Below are positions 49,156-58,838 of a DNA stretch of 64,000 nucleotides, one piece after another. Source of the stretch: Fistulifera solaris (lineage: Eukaryota); NCBI GenBank assembly GCA_030295235.1, contig AP026172.1, positions 868,001 through 932,000 of the forward strand, given 5' to 3'. The notes beneath the pieces were generated by a model. It did no database searches. It was given only the letters and a program-made list of their open reading frames with translations, and had not been told where the DNA came from. The position numbers and the translations under genes were made by a program. The stretch's first letter is position 1; every line of letters starts with the position of its first letter.

Positions 49156-52144
49156 TCATTCAAATCCAGTGAAAACAGCATTGTCCTTCGCAGAGGGTGG
49201 TGAATAGTTATTGGCCTTGGTAATCTTCAATCGTTCGTTCTCCACGCCGACCGAAATAGTGTCGCCGTCGTAGTACTCGCCTGCCAAGATTCCGCGAGCA
49301 ATTACCGTTTCCAGTTCACGCTGAATAGTTCGCTTGAGAGGACGGGCACCGTAAACTGGATCAAAGCCAACATCTGCCAAAAGTCAATAGCCGCTTCGCT
49401 GACATGAATCTCGATTTGACGCTCCGCGAGGCGCTTCTCCACCCGTCTAACTTCCAACTTAACAATATTGCGAAGACTGCTCTTACCCAAGCTATTGAAA
49501 ATAATGTATTCGTCAATGCGATTCAAGAATTCAGGACGGAAATTTTCTTTCATCGCTTGCGTTACTCGTTCTTTCATTATAACTTGTGCGTCTGGCTCAT
49601 TGGATCCATTCAGATCAAGAATATCTTGACTTCCAATGTTACTTGTGAAAATGCAGATGGTGTTTCGAAAGTTCACCACGTTGCCTTTGGAATCAGTCAA
49701 GCGACCATCGTCCAGCATTTGTAGCATGACATTGTACACATCAGGGTGTGCCTTTTCCATTTCGTCAAACAGGATCACGGAATATGGTTTACGGCGAACG
49801 GCATCGGTTAACTGACCGCCCTCATCGTAACCTACGTATCCAGGTGGGGCACCAAGAAGGCGAGAAACTGTATGCTTTTCCATGTATTCCGACATGTCGA
49901 TGCGAATCAAAGCATCTTCACTGTCAAACATGAATTCAGCCAAGGCTTTGCAAAGCAGAGTCTTACCAACACCCGTCGGACCCAAAAAGATAAAAGACGC
50001 GATTGGCTTGTCGGGGTCATTGAGACCAGCTCGGGATCGTTGCACGGCCTCTGTTACGGCCTCGACGGCTTCTTCTTGGCCGACGACACGATTCTTTAGC
50101 TTTTCGCCCATGGTCAAAATACGATCTTTCTCGGTTTCTAACAATTTACCGGGAGGGATTCCGGTCCAAACAGCCACGACCGCCGCAATATCGTCGGCAA
50201 CGACTTCGTCGCGAAGCATCTTTTCGCGGTTGTTCATGTCAGATTCCGTTTCCATGGCATCCAATTGCGCCAGTTCCTCCTCTAAAGGCGGAAGGGCCGA
50301 GAACTTCAATTCAGCCGCCTTGTTCAAATCATACTCGCGTTCCGCTTTTTCGATCTCAAACTTTATACCTTGAATCTTTTCTTTCAACTCGTTAAGGCGA
50401 TTTACACCACCTTTCTCAGCCATCCAACGAGCGGTCAAGTCCTGCTGTTCCTTTTGAAGCTGAAGAAGCTCCTCATCCAACTTGGCCAGACGGTACGACT
50501 CTTCTGGCGTCGAAGATCCATCTTTTTCAAAATCGGAGCGCAACGATAGCCGTTCCATTTCCAATTGAATAATGCGGCGATCAATTTCATCCAAGATCAC
50601 GGGCTTGCTGGTGATTTCATTTTTGAGTTTTGCACAGGCTTCGTCGACAAGATCAATAGCCTTGTCGGGCAGAAAACGGTCCGGGATGTACCGATGACTA
50701 AGTTTGGCCGCCGCAAGTAAGGCTTCATCACGGATGCGAATACCGTGGTGCAATTCGTAACGTGGTTTAAGACCACGTAAAATACTGACAGTGTCTTCAG
50801 GGGTTGGCTGATCAATCATAACTTGTTGAAACCGACGTTCCAAAGCCTTATCCTTCTCAATGTATTTTCGATACTCGTTCACTGTAGTCGCACCGATGCA
50901 ACGCAATTGTCCTCGAGCCAAGGCTGGCTTCAAGAGATTACTGGCATCCATGGATCCCTGTGCGGACCCAGCGCCGACAACAGTATGCATTTCGTCAATA
51001 AACAGAATAATCTCTCCATCACTCTTCATGACTTCCTCGAGAACGGCTTTGAGTCGCTCCTCAAATTCACCACGCATCGTGGCACCAGCTACCAATGCTC
51101 CGAGGTCGAGACCAATTAGACGACTGCCTTTCAAACTCTCCGGAACGTCTCCGTCGACGATACGCTGGGCAATACCCTCCGCAACAGCCGTCTTTCCAAC
51201 TCCAGGGTCTCCAATCAGCACAGGATTGTTCTTGGTTCGTCGCGATAGTATTTGAATAGCACGTCGGATTTCGTCATCACGACCGATCACTGGGTCTAGT
51301 TTGCCTTCACGTGCTCGTTCGGTGAAATCAATGCCATATTTGTTTAGTGCATCGTACATATTCTCTGCACTTCGCGAGATGACGGGCCCCGACTTTTCAC
51401 GCATGCCTTTGACAATAGTAAGCAAGTCCTGGTATTTAACATTTTGCTTGAATAGAGCATCGCGGGTAAAGAGGGAATCTTCCTTGGCGAGCGCCAGCAA
51501 GAGTCCTTCCGACGACACGAATGAATCCTGTGAAACATAAAAGCAATGGGAATGAGTCAAGGAGTAGATACGACTACCATAGCATCTCCTGAATCATCAC
51601 TTACACCTAGTACACTCTTTACTTGCGTCGCACCGTCCAACACGGCTTGCAACGATCGTCCCATGGTCTTTTGTGCACCGGAATCCGCACTGACCTTGGC
51701 CTGTCTCGCCAAAAAGTCGTCAAGTTCTCGACGCAAGTCGCTCACGTTACATTGAGCTTGCGTCAGAATGCGTTCCACAACCTTGCGCGCCGCTTCCGCG
51801 TCGTCACCGGCGTTGTGTTTTTTGGGATTGAGCAGTAAATCCAGCATCAAAGGTGCTTCAACATTCGTCGATTGATGAAATTCGGCGGCTTTAGTCAAAC
51901 TCGCGATCGCACTCCAGGCCGCGTCAGTGTATTTGGCTTGATTAAAGTCATCAGCAGCCATCTGGAGTCTAGTAGAGAGACGATAGGGTTTGCTTGTCAA
52001 GAACAAAGAGGGAGACAAAGTGTTTGGCGATCGAGAAATAGTCGACGAAGGCACGAGTGCGGCAGGACAAAAGGCATTCGTATGTTGCCATGATGTCGAC
52101 GCAATACTTAAAAGAATAACAACTGCGCTATTTCCAATCTTCAT
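49156..52144 (-). CDS. clpB: Plastid-targeted ClpB/Hsp100 disaggregase; intron 51528-51604; frameshift near 49380
   Basis: Bipartite presequence 'TNA-FCP'; '[15 protein letters not shown]', two Walker A motifs ([16 protein letters not shown]), coiled-coil M domain, 'GAPPGYVGY', 'YGARPLKR'. Confidence 0.96.
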
Positions 52145-52974
52145 GCTTGTCTGTTTGAGCGCAGCAACAGAAGAATGAAAGGAATACGATTGATAATTAC
52201 CACTTGTCGTTCAAAAAGACGCAAAGGGAAAAATAATGAGCTATTTCGTTGCTTTCGTGTTTCGGGTTCGCTTGACATCGCTTCGTTTCGCCATCGAACG
52301 CAGTGCGCGCGTTCAACAAAACAAGGTATAGTACCTTTGAAACTTGATAACGGTCATAATTTTGCTTTGTAATTTGTACTGAAATAAATCCAATATATGA
52401 CAAAATGAAACAAAAATGGAAATTTCAGTCGAATGTCAAAATTACATTCTGACTTTAAGAAACGTAGGAATAAATATTAGGATTATCTTCAGCAAAACTC
52501 TTGACACCTGACACGTGGAACGTTTTCCGATGATTGCGCGACGTAATTCCGACAATGGCGCCTTCCTTCATTGCGTGAAACTTGGCCTTCAATTTAAAAC
52601 TGCCTTGTCATCCTGTATCAAAGAATGATATTTGCTCAGAACGATTCACAATTAGTGAGCTCGCGATGTTCAAAGGAAGGTCACACCGCTTAATAGCGAC
52701 GTTACATCGTCAAGGAGAACGTCGATGGTCGATGTGTCGAAAATATACAACAATTTGCAGCTGCAAAAAAAAGTGATTATCCAATTGCGATTGCGCATCA
52801 CTACGTTGAACGAAATATTTCGAGGAAGTGATGATGGTGCAAACATTGCGTGGAACTGATCTGATCGGACGAAACTAAAAGGAAGGATTTGGCTTGCAGT
52901 TCACGAAAGGTGCAGCGCCTACTTTTGCCTAAAGATTATTATCGCCTAAAATGCTGCTTGAACCCTAAGATGGC

Positions 52975-54903
52975 CTACATGCGACGGCTTCCCGAATCGG
53001 CCGAGTCCTTGCTGGCACTGTCGAGATGACGGCGACTTCCCGAATCTGCCGAGTGCTTGCTGGCACTGTCGAGGTGACGGCGACTTCCCGAATCTGCCGA
53101 GTCGTTGCTGGCACTGTCGAGGTGACGGCGACTTCCCGAATCGGCCGAGTCCTTGCTGGCACTGTCGAGGTGACGGCGACTTCCCGAATCGGCCGAGTCG
53201 TTGCTGGCACTGTCGAGATGACGGCGACTTCCCGAATCGGCCGAGTCCTTGCTGGCACTGTCGAGGTGACGGCGACTTCCCGAATCGGCCGAGTCGTTGC
53301 TGGCACTGTCGAGATGACGGCGGCTTCCCGAATCGGCCGAGTCCTTGCTGGCACTGTCGAGATGACGGCGACTTCCCGAATCGGCCGAGTCGTTGCTGGC
53401 ACTGTCGAGGTGACGGCGACTTCCCGAATCTGCCGAGTCCTTGCTGGCACTGTCGAGGTGACGGCGACTTCCCGAATCGGCCGAGTCCTTGCTGGCACTG
53501 TCGAGGTGACGGCGGCTTCCCGAATCGGCCGAGTCGTTGCTGGCACTGTCGAGGTGACGGCGACTTCCCGAATCTGCCGAGTCGTTGCTGGCACTGTCGA
53601 GGTGACGGCGACTCCCCGAATCGGCCGAGTCGTTGCTGGCACTGTCAAGGTGACGGCGACTTCCCGAATCGGCCGAGTCGTTGCTGGCACTGTCGAGGTG
53701 ACGGCGACTTCCCGAATCTGCCGAGTCGTTGCTGGCACTGTCGAGGTGACGGCGACTTCCCGAATCGGCCGAGTCCTTGCTGGCACTGTCGAGATGACGG
53801 CGACTTCCCGAATCGGCCGAGTCGTTGCTGGCACTGTCGAGGTGACGGCGACTTCCCGAATCTGCCGAGTCCTTGCTGGCACTGTCGAGGTGACGGCGAC
53901 TTCCCGAATCGGCCGAGTCGTTGCTGGCACTGTCGAGGTGACGGCGACTTCCCGAATCGGCCGAGTCGTTGCTGGCACTGTCGAGGTGACGGCGACTTCC
54001 CGAATCTGCCGAGTGCTTGCTGGCACTGTCGAGGTGACGGCGGCTTCCCGAATCGGCCGAGTCGTTGCTGGCACTGTCGAGGTGACGGCGACTTCCCGAA
54101 TCGGCCGAGTCGTTGCTGGCACTGTCGAGGTGACGGCGACTTCCCGAATCTGCCGAGTGCTTGCTGGCACTGTCGAGGTGACGGCGGCTTCCCGAATCGG
54201 CCGAGTCGTTGCTGGCACTGTCGAGGTGACGGCGACTTCCCGAATCGGCCGAGTCGTTGCTGGCACTGTCGAGGTGACGGCGACTTCCCGAATCGGCCGA
54301 GTCGTTGCTGGCACTGTCGAGGTGACGGCGGCTTCCCGAATCGGCCGAGTCCTTGCTGGCACTGTCGAGGTGACGGCGACTTCCCGAATCGGCCGAGTCG
54401 TTGCTGGCACTGTCGAGGTGACGGCGACTTCCCGAATCTGCCGAGTCCTTGCTGGCACTGTCGAGGTGACGGCGACTTCCCGAATCTGCCGAGTCGTTGC
54501 TGGCACTGTCGAGGTGACGGCGACTTCCCGAATCGGCCGAGTCGTTGCTGGCACTGTCGAGGTGACGGCGACTTCCCGAATCTGCCGAGTCCTTGCTGGC
54601 ACTGTCGAGGTGACGGCGACTTCCCGAATCGGCCGAGTCGTTGCTGGCACTGTTGAGGTGACGGCGACTTCCCGAATCTGCCGAGTCGTTGCTGGCACTG
54701 TCGAGGTGACGGCGACTTCCCGAATCGGCCGTGTCGTTGCTGGCACTGTCGAGATGACGGCGGCTTCCCGAATCGGCCGATTTCTTAGAGTCGTTGCTTG
54801 CCAAGAAACGCTTTCGCAACATCTGGTTGCCGCTTGGAATCTCACTTGAGCTTCCGCACGTCAAAGAGACGAGGAAGAAGAGGGTTGCAGTTGGGAACTT
54901 CAT
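52975..54903 (-). CDS. Secreted tandem-repeat polyprotein: signal peptide + propeptide (..LRKRFL) + 38 x 16-aa units DSAS(N/K)(D/H)SADSGSRRHL; silacidin-like architecture
   Basis: 642-aa ORF with ATG and hydrophobic signal peptide MKFPTATLFFLVSLTCG; most nucleotide variants among repeats are synonymous in this frame. Confidence 0.8.
   Translation of the reverse strand: MKFPTATLFFLVSLTCGSSSEIPSGNQMLRKRFLASNDSKKSADSGSRRHLDSASNDTADSGSRRHLDSASNDSADSGSRRHLNSASNDSADSGSRRHLDSASKDSADSGSRRHLDSASNDSADSGSRRHLDSASNDSADSGSRRHLDSASKDSADSGSRRHLDSASNDSADSGSRRHLDSASKDSADSGSRRHLDSASNDSADSGSRRHLDSASNDSADSGSRRHLDSASNDSADSGSRRHLDSASKHSADSGSRRHLDSASNDSADSGSRRHLDSASNDSADSGSRRHLDSASKHSADSGSRRHLDSASNDSADSGSRRHLDSASNDSADSGSRRHLDSASKDSADSGSRRHLDSASNDSADSGSRRHLDSASKDSADSGSRRHLDSASNDSADSGSRRHLDSASNDSADSGSRRHLDSASNDSADSGSRRHLDSASNDSADSGSRRHLDSASNDSADSGSRRHLDSASKDSADSGSRRHLDSASKDSADSGSRRHLDSASNDSADSGSRRHLDSASKDSADSGSRRHLDSASNDSADSGSRRHLDSASKDSADSGSRRHLDSASNDSADSGSRRHLDSASKDSADSGSRRHLDSASNDSADSGSRRHLDSASKHSADSGSRRHLDSASKDSADSGSRRM
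52983..54790. repeat. 48-bp coding tandem repeat, ~38 copies
   Basis: Unit GCTGGCACTGTCGAGGTGACGGCGACTTCCCGAATCGGCCGAGTCGTT repeated head-to-tail with few substitutions. Confidence 0.97.
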
Positions 54904-56435
54904 GTTCGATGAACTTTTGCTGTTTTTCCTTCGGATGTTTTGATTAATGAGCTTGAAAGAGACAAACTAGGAAGATACAGAATTTTGTGATCTACCTGTT
55001 GACGTCAGTATATCTTCCACGTTTCTCACTTCTCGCTCACCTTCGCACGAATCGCCAATCCCACATCTGTCCAAGTATGGAACACGGAGTAAATAATTGC
55101 GACCAGATTATTTATGAATCATGAATGGCGTAAATATATATATTGACAATTCTGTATACATTTTTCAAGCATGACTCATTGCGAGTTGCGAGCCGAGACC
55201 AAAAATCTAATTCAATTTTGAAAAGGTTACAGATTTCTATGAAATCTTCTTAGATGGAGTAGACTAGGATGTTGTATGATACTTGGCTGTGATTGACAAA
55301 GCATACTTCTTAAAGAAAAGAGTCAAGAGACTGGTCTAGGGTCTAGGTGATAACATTAAGTATCGCGTCAGGTATAGTGGCAGTCGCTCAAATTGACTTT
55401 TAATTTTTAATAGTGGGAATTGGATATACGATATTGTTTGTTACTCCGTAGCTTTTAAACGGTTTTTGGTTTCAGCTTCTTAAGAAAATTCAATCCCCCC
55501 CCCTCGTTGCTCGTTAGTCGTTAGTCATATTTATTACCTGGTACTTAGATGTTAGAAAAAGTGAGTTGTGACTGCAAACAAAATTTGGTTTCCCATTTTC
55601 CATTTCCAACGGTTGCTTTGGATTTTATGTGTTCGAGTGAAATGTGAAATGTGAAACGTCGTAGGTGGTAGTTGTAGGTGGTGTGAAAACGTGCTTCGTG
55701 CGGAGTCTCAGTAAATTTGGCCTATAATACAGCCTAAGGCTTAAGTGGTACACACTTGGTGTACTCGACGCTTGAAACTTGAAACTTGGTTCCTGACTCC
55801 TGACTCCTGACGCGTTGAGATCCGAAACCGAAACTGGTATCAGAAATCTTAAATCAAGAGGGCCTTTTAGGACCATCGAAACCGCTTACCGCTGTTTTTA
55901 AAATTTTGAAATTATTGGTCCGAGTGTCGGGTTTCGGGTCTGCCGCTTGCCGCTATGGCTACTACGTAGTACAGTACCTGGTACTTGCTAATTTGTGGTC
56001 CGTTCGTTTTGCTACAGGGTAAGCCGTAGTTTCAGTGACATTTTTATGTAGGCATCGATTGTTTACGTCGTAAATGCTTCGAAAATAGTAACTTCCTATG
56101 ATTATAAACCCAGGAACTATGAATGTGTTGACGTGTTGACCACTTACTTCCACGACTGCAAATTTGTCGTGAGTTGTTAGTCACAACCACTCTAGTTCCG
56201 GCGGAAAATTTTTCGTGCTCCCAGCGGGACGTCATACCCGGGACCCAGTTACCCCGGGACCATCGTTACGTTGCACGTTGCACCACACGGACACCCGTTT
56301 TCACACGTATAGCTAGCGCGCAATTATAAACACACCCGTTTTCACGGAGTACTGAGTAGGAACATAATAAATTGGCAGTTCATTGTTTATGATGAAGGGC
56401 TCAAACATTGCAGACGACTCCGGCAAGCTGCAATC

Positions 56436-57035
56436 TTAGTTCTGATCATCGGTGCTGTCATGTGCAATATCATCTGCGCTATCGGTGTCGTTATTATGCG
56501 TTTCAATCATCGCGTATCCACTTTCGCAACCCGTGGCGTTCAACACAATTTTCAAAAACGCCCTTTCACAGCCACTGAAATTTATGTTGTTGCCCACGCC
56601 CGTGATTTCGCAACCACTCCTATCCGTTTCGATTACCATTGATCCATGGTTGCAGTTACTGATGTTCATTTCGATTTCGAGAACTACGTCGGTGTGGTTA
56701 ATCACAATTGTCTCGTCATCAGCACTATCGGAATCGCGGTACAGGACGTTGTTCGAATCGCTGTCGTCGCTCTTATCGTCGGAGGAATTTGCGTTATGTT
56801 GAAGGCGACGACCAAAAGAGTGTACAATTGTCGACAAGCGGTCAAACGGGGCGATGCCCACGCTTTCTAGCTCGAACCGGTGCTTTCTTAAAAGCGAACT
56901 CGAATGAGGGCTCAGGTTTGCATGCGTCGGTTCATCTAGATCGCTTTTGACCTCGTGGTTGGGCAATGAAGCGAGGACCAAGAACGATTCTTTCAGAAAC
57001 GCAGACACGAAAAGACAAAGTAAACGGCAATTCAT
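56436..57035 (-). CDS. Secreted acidic protein with RRL processing motif and Cys-containing internal repeats
   Basis: Signal-like N-terminus; 'FGRRL' followed by Asp/Ser-rich SSDDKSDDSDS and DSDSADD; repeats NISNCNHGSMVIET / NATGCESGYAMIET. Confidence 0.65.
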   Translation of the reverse strand: MNCRLLCLFVSAFLKESFLVLASLPNHEVKSDLDEPTHANLSPHSSSLLRKHRFELESVGIAPFDRLSTIVHSFGRRLQHNANSSDDKSDDSDSNNVLYRDSDSADDETIVINHTDVVLEIEMNISNCNHGSMVIETDRSGCEITGVGNNINFSGCERAFLKIVLNATGCESGYAMIETHNNDTDSADDIAHDSTDDQN

Positions 57036-58838
57036 CCTTTCAAGATTTGATGATCAACATTGGCGAGAAAGAAAATATAGGGAACCTTTTATGAAAAGAA
57101 TGAGTGGGTGCAAAAAAGTTAAAAAATGAGAATCTTTCCGTTTTACGTTTGCGGGGTAACATCATCGGAACTCTATCGGGTTCTTTGAGAACCACGAAAG
57201 TACTTGCAGGCGATTCTCTTTCCCTGGACGAGGCGACATACGGCTAAACTGCGTCGTCTCAAGATAAAGTATTTCATTTATTTGTCGTTAACTGCTGCGC
57301 TGTAATGATGTTATGGTTGTCACCTTTCATGGAATTTAATGTAAACTAATTCGTTAGTCTTTGGCGAAATAGAAACAGTATGAACAACAAGCCGACAATT
57401 CCCTATCACGATGATTTCTCCGATTGTTGGCAGAGAACCGTGTAGCTTTAGCCAAAAGAATGGTGTGTTCACTACAATCCAGTTGAGCCTATTGTGGCCG
57501 ACGCTTGTCATCCGAGATGGAAAGAGCAATCAGAAGTGTTGGTGTTTGCAACTCTGAAAGCGAGGCTAAAGAAAGTCTGCATCAATACGGAATAGATTTT
57601 ATGATGATGGTGCTTTCTCACTCGAAAAGAGTTTTTATGAAAAAAGCCCGCCGACTAGATAGCTGTATAAACCTAACTCATTAGCTGATACCCATCTCTG
57701 ATCTGCTTGGTTGAGCAGCTAAACCAACGTGAAAACCAAATATTAAAGAAACAAATTGGATAGATCATTATTTGTAAATGCGACTACCGTTAGCGACGAT
57801 GGTTCTTTCCCGTGACATATTAAAGCGACCGGCCTCATTGACAAGAATGCAAAAGAAGACATGAAAATAGTCTCTGTAGTCACTAATTTACAGCGTGATT
57901 AGTTCATCGAGCGGCGACCCCGCTCATGGGACAAAAAAGAAGAAAAGATTTGAAAAGCACCAACAACGAGATGACGCATTCCATTTCGTCGCCGAACTAA
58001 CACTCCCTGATGCGCTTCCACTGTTTTCGTCTCATTTAGACAATTGTTTCAGCAATGACGCTCGCTATCGAGTTGATCCGCTTTTCTTAAAGATTCTTTC
58101 ACTTCTCCGCTCTTCAAAGACGAAGGCTTCGGTTCGATCATGACGAGGTGGATCTTGTTGTTCGTGGAGAGGAGGCTCGAATTTATTCCCGGCGAAGCTA
58201 CCAAAATGAACAAAGGTAGAAAAGAGAGTTTCATGTTTGAATGAGTAAAGTTGATTGCTTCTTCGATGCAATGAAGATGAACGAAGAATGACAACAGCGC
58301 TAAAGAAAACGTTAGTGTCGTCGGCGTATGTATTGGCGTCTCTAAAAATGGTTGTGTGGACTGTCGATTATAGAGTATGCGCAATCCTGCGCAATGAATC
58401 GTGCGAAAAAGGAAAATTCCTATGTACCTGGTAGCAAGTCAGAAAGCGAAAAGCAGACGTCATTACACGTCAGGTGCTTTGGGTGTCGCTCGTAGTTTAC
58501 AGTTTAAGGAGCTAGGGGTAACCGATTTACCCCGCATATTACCAGTGTTTCTTCGTTTCATTGGCAACGCAACAACTTCCGCACGCGAGAATAATTTCGG
58601 GACGGATCTTTCAATCGACTTTTTGTCGGATAGGCTTCAACACAAGGATAATAAATGTGGGGTCTCAGCTCGACTAAGATGCCAACGTCATGCGACATTA
58701 TACTACATAGTAATCATGAAATTTGACATTTAGTAAGAGATATACTGAGCATAGTTGTCACCAATTCATGTTCGAATTCAAAAATATGAATGACTAAAAC
58801 GGAGCACAACGGACTAAGGATCGCTTCTGGTATTCCCC

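Noticed and set aside
12433..49400. Programmed ribosomal frameshifting or pseudogenisation of RSL1D1, GCLC, PUS3, RTEL1, ASNSD1, ATP10 and clpB
   Set aside because: The breaks are mostly 1-bp indels in homopolymers, in both directions, in otherwise intact essential genes; sequencing error is far more parsimonious.
52200..52560. Heat-shock elements upstream of clpB
   Set aside because: No convincing run of alternating nGAAn units could be read.
52983..54790. CRISPR array or non-coding satellite interpretation of the 48-bp repeat
   Set aside because: Units are contiguous with no unique spacers, no cas genes are present, and the array sits in a signal-peptide ORF with synonymous-biased variation.
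52965..54849. Alternative-frame ORFs over the repeat (626 aa minus-strand mucin-like T/V/P/R; 607 aa plus strand)
   Set aside because: By-products of a stop-free 48-bp unit: no signal peptide, and repeat variants that are silent in the RRHL frame change amino acids in these frames.
56236..56346. Short direct repeats CCCGGGACC x2 and ACACCCGTTTTCAC x2
   Set aside because: Only two copies each with no termini or TSD structure; insufficient to call an element.
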